From contig OY781964.1 in the NCBI GenBank assembly GCA_963677485.1, positions 4,416,001 to 4,480,000 on the forward strand: 64,000 nucleotides of DNA, read 5' to 3'. Source of the stretch: Armatimonadota bacterium. Its GTDB lineage: Bacteria; Armatimonadota; HRBIN16. Below, one piece after another: positions 1 to 9,197 of the stretch; positions within the stretch are counted from its first letter, which is position 1, and every line of letters starts with the position of its first letter. The notes beneath the pieces are model-generated. The model made no database searches, was not told where the DNA came from, and saw only the letters and a list, made by a program, of their open reading frames with translations. The position numbers and the translations under genes were made by a program.

Positions 1-57
1 TGGGCTTTCGGCTACCTACATGCGCTTGTACAACCAGGATGAGTGGATCTCCGCCAT

Positions 58-1197
58 CTACGCAGGCCAGATTGTCTTCGCAAGCTCCAATACAGTGGGG
101 AATGGCGCATCGGTCTTGATGGCCTGTGGCTCTAGATGGGTTCTAGTAGCACGGTATCCTGCGGCGCGTAGTACCTGGGCCATTTTTTTGTTTTTGGGGA
201 TACCCTTGAGTGCTGCCGTTCGTCCGATAGTGCCCATCGTGTAATAGCCGATCGCACCATCGCACTCTTCCTGCATGATATCCAAGGCCCGGCAAGCGTG
301 TTTGAACTCGACTTCGTCTGTTTGGGCACGCATTTCCTTCAGGTATTCCATATCATGTAATGGGCCTGTCCAGAGTGGTCCTGCAACTTGGGCTTGACCA
401 CCGCACACACGGCATATGGACGGAGTATCACGAAAGCTGGTGCTCCATATGGTCAGGCACTGCTGGCATCGGCCCATCCATCCCATGTTCTTCATGGGGT
501 AGCCGTCGATGCCGTAGTGCATACGCACCGCAACGCGGAATGCGTAGCCTTCGTCCAGGCAAAACAGCGGTTTTAGGTGGAATTCCCGTTCGCCAACACT
601 CCGCAGCAGTGAGCCGATCAGGCATCGTATACCGACCTCATCACCACAGTTCCAGTTGCGAGTGACCGCACCATAGTGACGAAACGCGCTTTCGGCATAT
701 TTACCCCAGAGGGCTGCAGTATCCGTGGCGGTTAGGTACAGCACACTGCCGAAGCTGGTCAATAGGGTCGCAGCGTGCCAGAATGGGGCGGGACTGCCAA
801 ACACGTCGATATCGACCCAGTCAAACCACTGCTGCTCATTCCGCAACTGGTAAGCCAATCGGTGGAGCTGCTCATGCTCCAATCTTACTTTGACATCGCC
901 TGACACAGGGTTACGGGCGAAATTGGCGGCGGTGGCGGCTACGACATGCTGGTTCCCGTCAGCCATGATCAGATCGTTAACTGGTGCCTCTCGCAGATAT
1001 CGGATGCCACGGGTGCCGATACCGCACATCATGTCGATCACTTTCAAAGAGTGACCTTTGCGTGCAGCTTCAGCACGAAGACCAATTACGCCCATATCGC
1101 GGCTCAGTTTGGCCTTCTTGTTGAAAAACGGGCCGTCTGGCACTAGAAACTCGCACTGTCCTTCATGGATTATCTCTGACTTCATTGGATCACTCAA
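58..1197 (-). CDS. trm1: tRNA (guanine26-N2)-dimethyltransferase, Trm1 family
   Basis: FFNKKAKLSRD N-terminal motif, SAM motif DMMCGIGTRGIRY, DWVDIDVFGSP (DPFG-like), LYLTATD, CxxC..CxxC Zn site, AGPLWTGPLHD, RTH..IKTDAP C-terminus. Confidence 0.85.
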   Translation of the reverse strand: MSDPMKSEIIHEGQCEFLVPDGPFFNKKAKLSRDMGVIGLRAEAARKGHSLKVIDMMCGIGTRGIRYLREAPVNDLIMADGNQHVVAATAANFARNPVSGDVKVRLEHEQLHRLAYQLRNEQQWFDWVDIDVFGSPAPFWHAATLLTSFGSVLYLTATDTAALWGKYAESAFRHYGAVTRNWNCGDEVGIRCLIGSLLRSVGEREFHLKPLFCLDEGYAFRVAVRMHYGIDGYPMKNMGWMGRCQQCLTIWSTSFRDTPSICRVCGGQAQVAGPLWTGPLHDMEYLKEMRAQTDEVEFKHACRALDIMQEECDGAIGYYTMGTIGRTAALKGIPKNKKMAQVLRAAGYRATRTHLEPQAIKTDAPFPTVLELAKTIWPA

Positions 1198-2324
1198 GGT
1201 AAAAACTCCATCATTACTTCGTTGGCCAGTAACATACCCTTCCGTGTCAATGCCCAGCCGTGTTCAGTAGGTGTTAATAATCCACGCCGGTGAAGCTGAC
1301 CGCAAATGACTGCCAATTCGGGCCAACCACCAAACCGTTCATTCAGCAGCCGTCCACTGAACCCGTCTGTGGTCCGCAGGGCTAACATGATGTACTCAAA
1401 CCGCTGTTGTTCCGTTGTTAACTGCTCTTCTTCAACGACCACCGATTGTCCTTGTTCCATCAGCTCCGTGTATCTGGTCGGTGACGGCTCTCGGGTTTGC
1501 CGTACGCCGTTGACCGTGCTGACAGCGGCAGGGCCAAAACCGAAATAGGGTAGCGACTGCCAGTAAACCTGGTTGTGACGGCACTCGAAACCGGGCAGAC
1601 AGTAGTTGGAAACTTCGTATTGGTGGTATCCGTTCTCAGCGAGCACCCGCCAAGTAGCCATCATCATTTCTGCCTGGGTTTCGTCGTCGGGAAGACATAG
1701 TTTGCCAGCTTCTACCAGCCTGGCCAGCGGGGTGTTTGTTTCGAGGGTCAGTGAATAACACGAAATATGTTCCGGTTTCAACTCGCACGCCTGTGTTAGT
1801 TGGGTAATGTGCTGATCTGTGGTCTGCGACGGCAGGGCGGACATGATGTCAACACTGATATTCGAGAAGCCTGCTTCGCGGGCCCAACTGACCGTGCGTT
1901 TGGCCTGCTCGGAACTATGCCGTCGGCCCAGTATCTTGAGCATATCATCATCGAAGCACTGTATGCCGATACTGATGCGACTAAACCCGTGCTGGCGCAG
2001 CTCCACAAGCTGGGCGTAGTCCACTGTGGCGGGATTGACCTCAATACTGACTTCAGCCCCTGGGTGTAGACCAAAATGAGATACCACTGCATCGAGAATC
2101 GACGATACCCGCTCCACGCCGATCACGCTGGGCGTGCCGCCGCCGAAAAACACGGTGAGCAAAGGATCATCCTTTTGGCTCATCGTGATCTCTTGTATGG
2201 TGGCGTGCGTGCAGCGATCATAGTCAGCCTGAGAGCCGACACAGCTTGCGAAGTCACAATAGATGCACTTGCTGAGACAGAAGGGGATATGTATATATGC
2301 ACTTTTGCAGCGTAGACTACTCAC
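1194..2324 (-). CDS. hemW: Radical SAM heme chaperone HemW (HemN-like)
   Basis: YIHIPFCxxKCxYCDF, GGGTPS, YEVSNY, HNQVYW (HNxxYW) motif. Confidence 0.9.
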   Translation of the reverse strand: MSSLRCKSAYIHIPFCLSKCIYCDFASCVGSQADYDRCTHATIQEITMSQKDDPLLTVFFGGGTPSVIGVERVSSILDAVVSHFGLHPGAEVSIEVNPATVDYAQLVELRQHGFSRISIGIQCFDDDMLKILGRRHSSEQAKRTVSWAREAGFSNISVDIMSALPSQTTDQHITQLTQACELKPEHISCYSLTLETNTPLARLVEAGKLCLPDDETQAEMMMATWRVLAENGYHQYEVSNYCLPGFECRHNQVYWQSLPYFGFGPAAVSTVNGVRQTREPSPTRYTELMEQGQSVVVEEEQLTTEQQRFEYIMLALRTTDGFSGRLLNERFGGWPELAVICGQLHRRGLLTPTEHGWALTRKGMLLANEVMMEFLP

Positions 2325-2330
2325 ATATGC

Positions 2331-2339
2331 ATTGTAACA
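2331..2339 (-). promoter_or_regulatory. Extended -10 box (TGtTACAAT) 6 nt upstream of the hemW GTG; probable leaderless promoter
   Basis: Minus strand reads ctgtTACAATgcatatGTG; no SD sequence. Confidence 0.55.
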
Positions 2340-2350
2340 GCATGAAAATT

Positions 2351-2377
2351 GCCCTGGCAGTGATTCGCTGCCAGGGC
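2351..2377 (-). terminator. Putative intrinsic terminator after the redoxin gene
   Basis: 10-bp stem gccctggcag/ctgccagggc followed by aatttt on the minus strand. Confidence 0.6.
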
Positions 2378-2403
2378 GGGCCTTGGTGATGGTTTCTAGG
2401 GGG

Positions 2404-2847
2404 TTACCCCTGCTTTAGCATCCGTTCAATAGCCGCCTCTACCATCGTCAGCCCAGCGTCACCGGCACTGCGCGAGATGAGTGTGCCATCGGGGCCGAAC
2501 AGGAAGTATGCGGGCACATACTGGTTGTCAAAAGCGTCAGCGATCTTATGTTTGTTATCAACCGCTAAAGGGTCGGTGATACCAAACTCAATTGCCTGCG
2601 CTTTCACTTTGTCCACATCGGTATCTTCCGGTTGCCGTGGAAAATGCACCGAGACGAACTGGATGCTGGTGCCATATTGCTCACGCCATTGGGTGAGCTT
2701 AGGCATGTTTTCATGGCAGATATGGCAACTCACTGCCCAGAAGTAAATCAGGCAGGGTTGCTTAATCTGCGCATCTGTGACTTCGCTATTGATCCATTCC
2801 GTGGCTCCAGCAAGCGATGGGATGGGTGTTCCTCGTCTTAATGGCAT
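2404..2847 (-). CDS. TlpA/YkuV-like thiol-disulfide oxidoreductase (redoxin)
   Basis: FWAVSCHIC CxxC motif, SVHFPR, YVPAYFLF cis-Pro loop. Confidence 0.85.
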   Translation of the reverse strand: MPLRRGTPIPSLAGATEWINSEVTDAQIKQPCLIYFWAVSCHICHENMPKLTQWREQYGTSIQFVSVHFPRQPEDTDVDKVKAQAIEFGITDPLAVDNKHKIADAFDNQYVPAYFLFGPDGTLISRSAGDAGLTMVEAAIERMLKQG

Positions 2848-2856
2848 CTGTTCCCT

Positions 2857-3438
2857 CTATAGGTTGCTGTCGCCGGGTTTCCAGTTGGCTGCACATAGAC
2901 CGCCGGACTGAAGACCTTCAAGCACGCGAAGGGTTTCGTCTACGCTGCGACCGATGTTCAGGTTGTGATACACAGCGTACTGAAGCACGCCATTCGGATC
3001 TATAATAAACAGACCGCGGGTGGAAATCCCTTCAGCCGGGATGTATACACCGTAGTCTTTACTTACTTGCTTTGTCATGTCAGATGCCAGCGGGAATTTC
3101 ACGCCTGCGATACCGTGGTTATCACGCGGAGTATTGAGCCACGCGCGGTGGGAGAATACGGAGTCCGTAGAGGCTCCAAGAATCTCAGCGCCGACTTCCT
3201 CAAACTCGTCCAGACGATCGGATAGGGCGATGATCTCCGTCGGACACACAAACGTGAAATCCAGCGGATAGAAGAACAGCACCAGCCATTTGCCTTTGTA
3301 ATCGGCCAGGGAGGCTGTCGATGTAAGGTTGTCGATGTCTGCAGTGGTCTTCATTGTGAAGTCGGGTGCGGGCTGACCTACAACCGCCTTGGAAACATAA
3401 TCAGAACAGCAGCAAGAGCTATTGCAACAGTCGCTCAT
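2857..3438 (-). CDS. ahpC: 2-Cys peroxiredoxin (AhpC/YkuU-like)
   Basis: FFYPLDFTFVCPTE, RGLFIIDP, GRSVDETLR, GGLCAANWKPG. Confidence 0.92.
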   Translation of the reverse strand: MSDCCNSSCCCSDYVSKAVVGQPAPDFTMKTTADIDNLTSTASLADYKGKWLVLFFYPLDFTFVCPTEIIALSDRLDEFEEVGAEILGASTDSVFSHRAWLNTPRDNHGIAGVKFPLASDMTKQVSKDYGVYIPAEGISTRGLFIIDPNGVLQYAVYHNLNIGRSVDETLRVLEGLQSGGLCAANWKPGDSNL

Positions 3439-3679
3439 CGTATGGTGACCTCCGTCATGGGTATTAGCTTGTTTTATATGCTAGAATTACCAGCACTGAT
3501 TCAGTATGGCATTTTACGCGGGGGGTGAGTCAAGAGGTTCTCAGGGTAATATTCGTATCACGATGAACCATGACACGGTCGGCAATGCTTCATGTGATGC
3601 CATGTGTGGTGAACTGAATGTACCGATGTAATATGGTAATATGGATGAAGCATTTACCCAGAAGGCTTGTACGTAACTG

Positions 3680-3849
3680 GTTGGCTACGTCCGGGGCGGT
3701 CTGTCAGTACGCCTGCGGTGGCCATGGTCTATAGACCGCGCCGGTCTTGTTCTTGACATGCATCTTTCATGGCTGTCCGCCAGACCGGCGCGGTTTTGAG
3801 CCTTCTGCAGTCATTAGCCGACGGTCAGACCGCCCCGGACATGGCCAAC
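3680..3849. repeat. Nested inverted-repeat element (MITE/REP-like)
   Basis: 24-bp IR 3680-3703/3826-3849 (2 mismatches, both G-U compatible) enclosing a 15-bp IR 3733-3747/3782-3796. Confidence 0.7.
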
Positions 3850-3977
3850 GATTGGCTGCAATAGAGGCGAACAGCCACTCGCATATAAAACGGTTGCATC
3901 AGTGTGACGCGTTATTTACAGCCTGGGCTGCTGTGCCAGCACGAGCGGATGCTTATAATAGATATGATGAGGTGGCG

Positions 3978-5258
3978 ATGATGGATTTTGGCAAGAAATG
4001 TGCTGCAACCGCACTGTTAAAAATTGTGGTTGTGTTTGGTTGTGTTTGCTTTTGTTCTCACAACTCAATCGGTGCGGCGATCAAGCGAGGTGATGGTATG
4101 ACTGCATCTAGTACGGTAGTCAACAAAAAGGTTGTGCTCCAACATGTGCCAAGGTTTGGATGCTACAATGGCGAATCCGGCTGGTGTGTGGAAGAGAATG
4201 CCTTCCCATCGTGCCTTCGGGTCTTTTTACAATTCAAAGGTGTTGAAGATGAGATCAACTCCTTTGTAGGGACGTCAGACCGCTGGCACAAGGCATATAT
4301 GAATTTGATGGGCGCATCGGGTTCCTCCTTTAGATTGTTATGGACGCCTGAGTGGCAGTTCGGTAGTACCGACCTCATGGCCATGTCCCCCGATGCTCTA
4401 GAGCCGATCAAACGGGCTATAGGTTGCCTCGGATACGCGTATGATATCCGAATGAAGAAGAAGTTCGCCGCAACATACGGAATACTGCAGACGAGCGAAC
4501 CGAATGAAGCAACGTTTGTGGCGATGATTTGTGACAGCCTGCGAAAAGGCAATCCTGTGATCGCACATGGTGTGGTCAGTCCAGAGTTCTGCCTGATCAC
4601 CGGATATGATCCTGAATGTAACGCACTTCTGGGTTGGAGTAACGACCAGGATGATCCCAATTTCAATGCGGGCAAAGACCCGTCTGGCTATTTTATAAAA
4701 ACTGACTGGTATAGTTCCACGCAAATGGTTATCACATTAGGCGACAAACTCAAAGCACCACCGTTGAAAGAGGCTTACCTGGAATCACTACGAATGGCAG
4801 TGAAAGTCATGCGTACTGGCAAAGTAAGAGATATGTTGAGTGGACCGTCTGCATATAATGCTTGGGCTGATAGTTTGCGGAATGACGGCGATTTTCCAAA
4901 AGATAACCAGCAAGTGATGCGTCAGAGATATGCGATACATAAGCTGTCAGGCCTCACAGTCGCTGAAGGCCGTGCCTGGGGTGCGCAATACCTTAATAAT
5001 GTTGCCATAGCTTATCCGATAGCGAAAAAGGAATTAACAGCCGCGTCTGACTGCCTCAATGCCGAACACGATCTCGTCTGGGCAATCTGGGAGTTCACAG
5101 GCGGCGATACTTGGTCAGATGACGCCGCGATGAAATTGGCTAACTCTGGAGTACGATCTCGGATCATACCTTTGATTCGGTTGATGGGTAAGCTGGATTC
5201 CGAAGCGGCTGACCACATCGAACGGGCACTGAAGATTATCGGCAAGCATCACGACTAA
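3978..5258 (+). CDS. Exported hypothetical protein with a BtrH-N/papain-like domain and helical C-terminus
   Basis: GAGG SD before ATG 3978 (the ORF-track extension runs through the repeat); hydrophobic N-terminus; FPSCL, MGASG, SLRKGNPVIA, EFCLITGYD, SGPSAYNAWA motifs. Confidence 0.65.
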   Translation: MMDFGKKCAATALLKIVVVFGCVCFCSHNSIGAAIKRGDGMTASSTVVNKKVVLQHVPRFGCYNGESGWCVEENAFPSCLRVFLQFKGVEDEINSFVGTSDRWHKAYMNLMGASGSSFRLLWTPEWQFGSTDLMAMSPDALEPIKRAIGCLGYAYDIRMKKKFAATYGILQTSEPNEATFVAMICDSLRKGNPVIAHGVVSPEFCLITGYDPECNALLGWSNDQDDPNFNAGKDPSGYFIKTDWYSSTQMVITLGDKLKAPPLKEAYLESLRMAVKVMRTGKVRDMLSGPSAYNAWADSLRNDGDFPKDNQQVMRQRYAIHKLSGLTVAEGRAWGAQYLNNVAIAYPIAKKELTAASDCLNAEHDLVWAIWEFTGGDTWSDDAAMKLANSGVRSRIIPLIRLMGKLDSEAADHIERALKIIGKHHD

Positions 5259-5337
5259 CAGATCCCTAAAAAGTGAGTCGACCTTTCAGATACGAGTGCA
5301 GCGGTTGAACATTTTCGATGCATGATGGAGTACTCCT

Positions 5338-6093
5338 GTGAGTGATAGCGTCACACTAGATGGTGTGGTTTTAAGTCGGCGTAGTTTTGCGGAGGGTGAC
5401 CTTAGCGTCACGCTCTTTACAAAACAACGCGGTAAAATCAGCGTCGTGGCTAGAGGGGCACGAAAACCCAAAAGTAAGCTGGCTGGAGTGACAGAGCCTG
5501 GTGTTGAGGGACAGTTCCAAGTGATTCTGGGACGAAGCCGGTTCATCATGGGGCAGGTGATGCCCAGTAAGAGCCGGGTTGGAGTGCATCGGCAGTACCA
5601 ATCCTTGATGGCTATGCTCTACATGCTGGAACTTATTAGTGCAGCAGCGCCCGAAAATATCCCGAGCGAAAGTCTTTACAGATTGTTGCAATTTGGTCTT
5701 AGCATGATTGATCAAGAGGCGGATGCAGTCAGTTCCGTGGCGACCCTTCATTGCCTGCTACTACACAGCCAGGGAATCAGTCCTCGGTTCGACAGTTGTA
5801 TGCGCTGCCATGAAATGATTGGAGATGCATCACGCCAGATGTCGATGGGGTATGGTGGCTCGATATGTGACCGATGCAGCTTTGATGTTCACGACCTGGT
5901 GAAGTTGAACGCTGGGGCTGCCAGCATATGGTCGCAGCTCATCCGTTTTGAAAGCGTGAAGGGCAGTGATCAACAGGCCTGGTCTGATTTGCTGCTGGCC
6001 TCTCATGAGGCGGTCAGACACCATCTTGGACACGAGCTAAAGAATTGGCCTCTCTACATACAGGCCATGGAACTGAGCGATGAATCATGGTGA
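5338..6093 (+). CDS. recO: DNA repair protein RecO
   Basis: GVVL..FAEGD..VTLFT..GKISVVARGARKPKSKL; CxxC...CxxC Zn finger. Confidence 0.92.
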   Translation: MSDSVTLDGVVLSRRSFAEGDLSVTLFTKQRGKISVVARGARKPKSKLAGVTEPGVEGQFQVILGRSRFIMGQVMPSKSRVGVHRQYQSLMAMLYMLELISAAAPENIPSESLYRLLQFGLSMIDQEADAVSSVATLHCLLLHSQGISPRFDSCMRCHEMIGDASRQMSMGYGGSICDRCSFDVHDLVKLNAGAASIWSQLIRFESVKGSDQQAWSDLLLASHEAVRHHLGHELKNWPLYIQAMELSDESW

Positions 6094-6578
6094 TCATGGG
6101 TATCGACCCTGGAACCGCGACCATAGGTGCCGCCGTGATCGAACAAGCTAATGGCGTGATCCATCCGCTGGCCATCGGCGTGGTGACCACAAAGCCGGAG
6201 CACGATGCGCCTCTACGGTTGAAGCAGGCCTACGACGCCATCTGTGCATTAATAGACAAGTATGAGCCCGATGTGATAGTGACGGAACGCCTGTTTTTCA
6301 GTAAAAATATCACCACAGCCATGTCGGTAAGTCGCACGATCGGTGTGATCTTGCTGGCCGCGGCTGAGCGTGAAATACCCTGGGTGGAATATACCCCTAT
6401 GCAGGTGAAACAGGCTGTGGTGGGGTATGGTTCTGCCGACAAAAAGCAGGTTCAGTATATGGTGACGAGGTTGCTTAACTTGAAAGAGACCCCGAAACCC
6501 GATGATGCGGCTGATGCCGCGGCGGTGGCATTATGCCACGCGCAGTCTGGCTGGTATGACAGACTGCGCGAGAAGTAG
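6087..6578 (+). CDS. ruvC: Holliday junction resolvase RuvC
   Basis: GIDPG, ERLFFSKN, EYTPMQVKQAVVGYGSADKKQV, PDDAADA. Confidence 0.96.
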   Translation: MVIMGIDPGTATIGAAVIEQANGVIHPLAIGVVTTKPEHDAPLRLKQAYDAICALIDKYEPDVIVTERLFFSKNITTAMSVSRTIGVILLAAAEREIPWVEYTPMQVKQAVVGYGSADKKQVQYMVTRLLNLKETPKPDDAADAAAVALCHAQSGWYDRLREK

Positions 6579-6583
6579 GGTGC

Positions 6584-7381
6584 CTACGACAACTCGTCAG
6601 CCCGTTTCTTAGCGGCCATCACGGCATTCATAAAGGCATAGCGCACTCCACTGCGTTCCAACTCATTCAAGCCGGCGATTGTTGTTCCTGCTGGTGTGGT
6701 GACCATGTCCTTGAGAATGGCTGGATGCTGCTTGGTATCAAGAACCAGTGCAGCGGCTCCAGCAAGGGTCTGAGCTGCCAGTTCCAAAGCCACTTGCTTA
6801 GGTAATCCAGCCTGGACACCACCATCCGCCAATGCCTCGATCACCAGCAGCGCATAGGCGGGACCACTGCCGCTCAGCCCCGTGACGGCGTTCATGAGTC
6901 GCTCTTCAACCTGGACGCAGACGTTGATGCCGCCGAAGATATTCGATACGATCTCTGCATAGTCTTTCGGGCAGGCATGTCCCAGACTGAAAGCAGACGC
7001 CCCTTTTGCGATCTGAAGGCCCACATTAGGCATCACCCTTACCACTGGCTGATTTGCCGGTAACAGCGACTCTAGCTTATCGATCGTTACACCAGCTGCG
7101 ATACTTAATACCAGTGTGTGAGGCGCCAGTACTGGGCTGATTTCAGAAGCTACTGCGGGCACTATATGTGGTTTGACCGCTAGAATGAGCACATCAGCGT
7201 CTTTCGCAGCACGATCAACGCTGGGATATGCTTGTGCGGATACCAGCGACGAAAGCGACAGAGATTTGTCGTCATCCGCGTCATATAGAGAGAGCTCGGG
7301 CTTCACATCTTGATGAGAGTTTGCGAGTCCTTTGGCGATGGCTGAACCCATGGCTCCGCAGCCGATGATGCAGTATTTCAT
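6584..7381 (-). CDS. proC: Pyrroline-5-carboxylate reductase
   Basis: IGCGAMG, LAVKP, RVMPN, TGLSGSGPAY, VTTPAGTT. Confidence 0.96.
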   Translation of the reverse strand: MKYCIIGCGAMGSAIAKGLANSHQDVKPELSLYDADDDKSLSLSSLVSAQAYPSVDRAAKDADVLILAVKPHIVPAVASEISPVLAPHTLVLSIAAGVTIDKLESLLPANQPVVRVMPNVGLQIAKGASAFSLGHACPKDYAEIVSNIFGGINVCVQVEERLMNAVTGLSGSGPAYALLVIEALADGGVQAGLPKQVALELAAQTLAGAAALVLDTKQHPAILKDMVTTPAGTTIAGLNELERSGVRYAFMNAVMAAKKRADELS

Positions 7382-7388
7382 ATTACGC

Positions 7389-7715
7389 CTATTCGGATGG
7401 ACCGACGGACACGCTAGCCGTTTCTGGGCAACAAACCACGCAGTCAGATCCGACTGTCATCATTGATCCGTCAATTCCGTAAATCAAGCCTTGCAGGTAG
7501 TCCAGCATTCGGCGTTTCACGTCAGGGGTTGCATTTTCAAAACAGAGGAAGCAACTCTCACCAGCACGAAGAGCAATTGAAATACCTACATGGTCTTCAT
7601 AGTTCTCAATACTGTCGAAGATACGTATGTGCGTTGTTGTATCATCTTCGTCTGCCCGCCGTGATAAACCGCGAAAGAATCCCGTTTTAGCGTTATCGTC
7701 GTTAGCTGCTGACAT
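7389..7715 (-). CDS. sepF: Cell division protein SepF (divergent)
   Basis: KRRMLDYLQGLIYGIDG resembles the SepF core (RxxDFxxGxxYxxxG); yggS-sepF-proC synteny. Confidence 0.75.
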   Translation of the reverse strand: MSAANDDNAKTGFFRGLSRRADEDDTTTHIRIFDSIENYEDHVGISIALRAGESCFLCFENATPDVKRRMLDYLQGLIYGIDGSMMTVGSDCVVCCPETASVSVGPSE

Positions 7716-7822
7716 GATATGAGCCTCCGTATACAGAAAAAATGTATTCCAAGGGAATTATAAACTACTGTGAGCTATATCGCAAAAACAGGGGATTTAC
7801 AAGCGGCCGCACAGAGGAAAGC

Positions 7823-8545
7823 TTACCCGTGCTGGGTGTTGCGTGATCCAAATAGTGCTGAGCCGATGCGAATATATGTAGCCCCAGCCATGATGGCTTG
7901 TGGAAAATCACTAGTCATACCCATGGAGAGTGAACGGCCGATCCCATCGGGCAGATTTGCCGCCAGTTCGCGTAGCCGAAGGAAGAACGGGGTGGCTTGG
8001 TCGCCCGTCGCGTCAAAGGGTGGGATACCCATCAAGCCTCTTATGGAGATGTGTGGCATCTGGGAGACCTCGGAGACGAACGCGGGAAGCTGCTCAGGCG
8101 ACACTCCGCCTTTCTGCTGCTCTTCCGAGATGTTGACTTGAATGAGCACGTTCTGAACTATCGACGCGGCGGCCGCCCTTTTCTGTATTTCTTTCGCAGC
8201 AGATAACGAGTCGAGGGAGTGGATTAGCCAAACACCGGGCACGATATACTTCACTTTGTTGCTTTGAAGCTGCCCGATAAAGTGCCAACGGATGTCGGGA
8301 TACTGGATGCTCTGCATTTTGGCTTGAAGCTCTTGTATATAGTTCTCGCCAAAATCCCGAAGACCTGCCTCATAGGCTTCCTGTATGTCCTGTTCAGGTT
8401 TGGTTTTACTCACCGCGACCAGGCAGACATCGTCACGGCTTCGCGACGACTGGCTGCAATACTTCGATATCTGCTGTTCAACTAGATCGAACCCATTATG
8501 AAGGAACATTGTTGCTGTATTACTCCTCTGCGACGGTATACTCAA
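7823..8545 (-). CDS. yggS: PLP homeostasis protein YggS/PipY (true start may be ATG 8509)
   Basis: LVAVSKT, FGENYIQE, WHFIGQLQSNK, LSMGMTSDF, RIGSALFG. Confidence 0.95.
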   Translation of the reverse strand: MSIPSQRSNTATMFLHNGFDLVEQQISKYCSQSSRSRDDVCLVAVSKTKPEQDIQEAYEAGLRDFGENYIQELQAKMQSIQYPDIRWHFIGQLQSNKVKYIVPGVWLIHSLDSLSAAKEIQKRAAAASIVQNVLIQVNISEEQQKGGVSPEQLPAFVSEVSQMPHISIRGLMGIPPFDATGDQATPFFLRLRELAANLPDGIGRSLSMGMTSDFPQAIMAGATYIRIGSALFGSRNTQHG

Positions 8546-9197
8546 GCTGCTTCAATACACCGGTTTCCACGAACGCCACTCGCTCTGCCACATTCACCGC
8601 GTGGTCAGCGATTCGCTCAAGGTAAAGCAGTACGAGCAGCAGCGAGTAAGCTGGTGTGGTGATCTCTGGTTTGATGCTCATGGCCTGCAGCACATGGTTC
8701 CGCATCGATTTATAAAGACTATCGGCCGTTTCGTCCATGGCTGATACCTCTTCGCAGAGCGGCAGACTATGTTCCACAAATGCTTGAAAGCATGACCGTA
8801 TCATCAATTCGGCTACATCACGCAGCTTAGTGACATCGACTAGCTCGATCACACCAGGATGGTTTCTCAGCTTAAGCCCTTGCTTGGCGATGTCGACTGA
8901 GTGGTCGCATATGCGCTCCAGGTCAGTGATCACCTTGGTGACCGTGCCGATCAGGCGAAGATCGCGGGCCATAGGCTGTTGCAGAGCCAGCAGCTTGAGG
9001 CAATGCATTTCAATGGTAATGTCCATTTGGTCAGCTTTGTCGTCCATGGCGATGACTCGTCGGCAGGCTCCTTCATCGCGGTTGAGCAGTGCATCTACCG
9101 AGAGTGCCACCATCTGTTCCGCGTAACTGCCCATCTCGATCAATTCACCCTTCAGTGAGTTAAGTTCGTCGTCAAAATGATGACGTGTGTTTATCAT
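8520..9197 (-). CDS. phoU: Phosphate signalling protein PhoU
   Basis: LALQQPMARDLR, DLERICDH, LERIADHAVNVAE. Confidence 0.96.
   Translation of the reverse strand: MINTRHHFDDELNSLKGELIEMGSYAEQMVALSVDALLNRDEGACRRVIAMDDKADQMDITIEMHCLKLLALQQPMARDLRLIGTVTKVITDLERICDHSVDIAKQGLKLRNHPGVIELVDVTKLRDVAELMIRSCFQAFVEHSLPLCEEVSAMDETADSLYKSMRNHVLQAMSIKPEITTPAYSLLLVLLYLERIADHAVNVAERVAFVETGVLKQLEYTVAEE

Noticed and set aside
1-25. tgggctttcggc resembling tgggctttcagccc at about 18689
   Set aside because: Only a 9-bp match, truncated by the window edge; cannot establish a repeat
3747-3977. N-terminal extension of the 503-aa ORF
   Set aside because: Runs through the palindromic element; the SD and signal-like sequence point to ATG 3978
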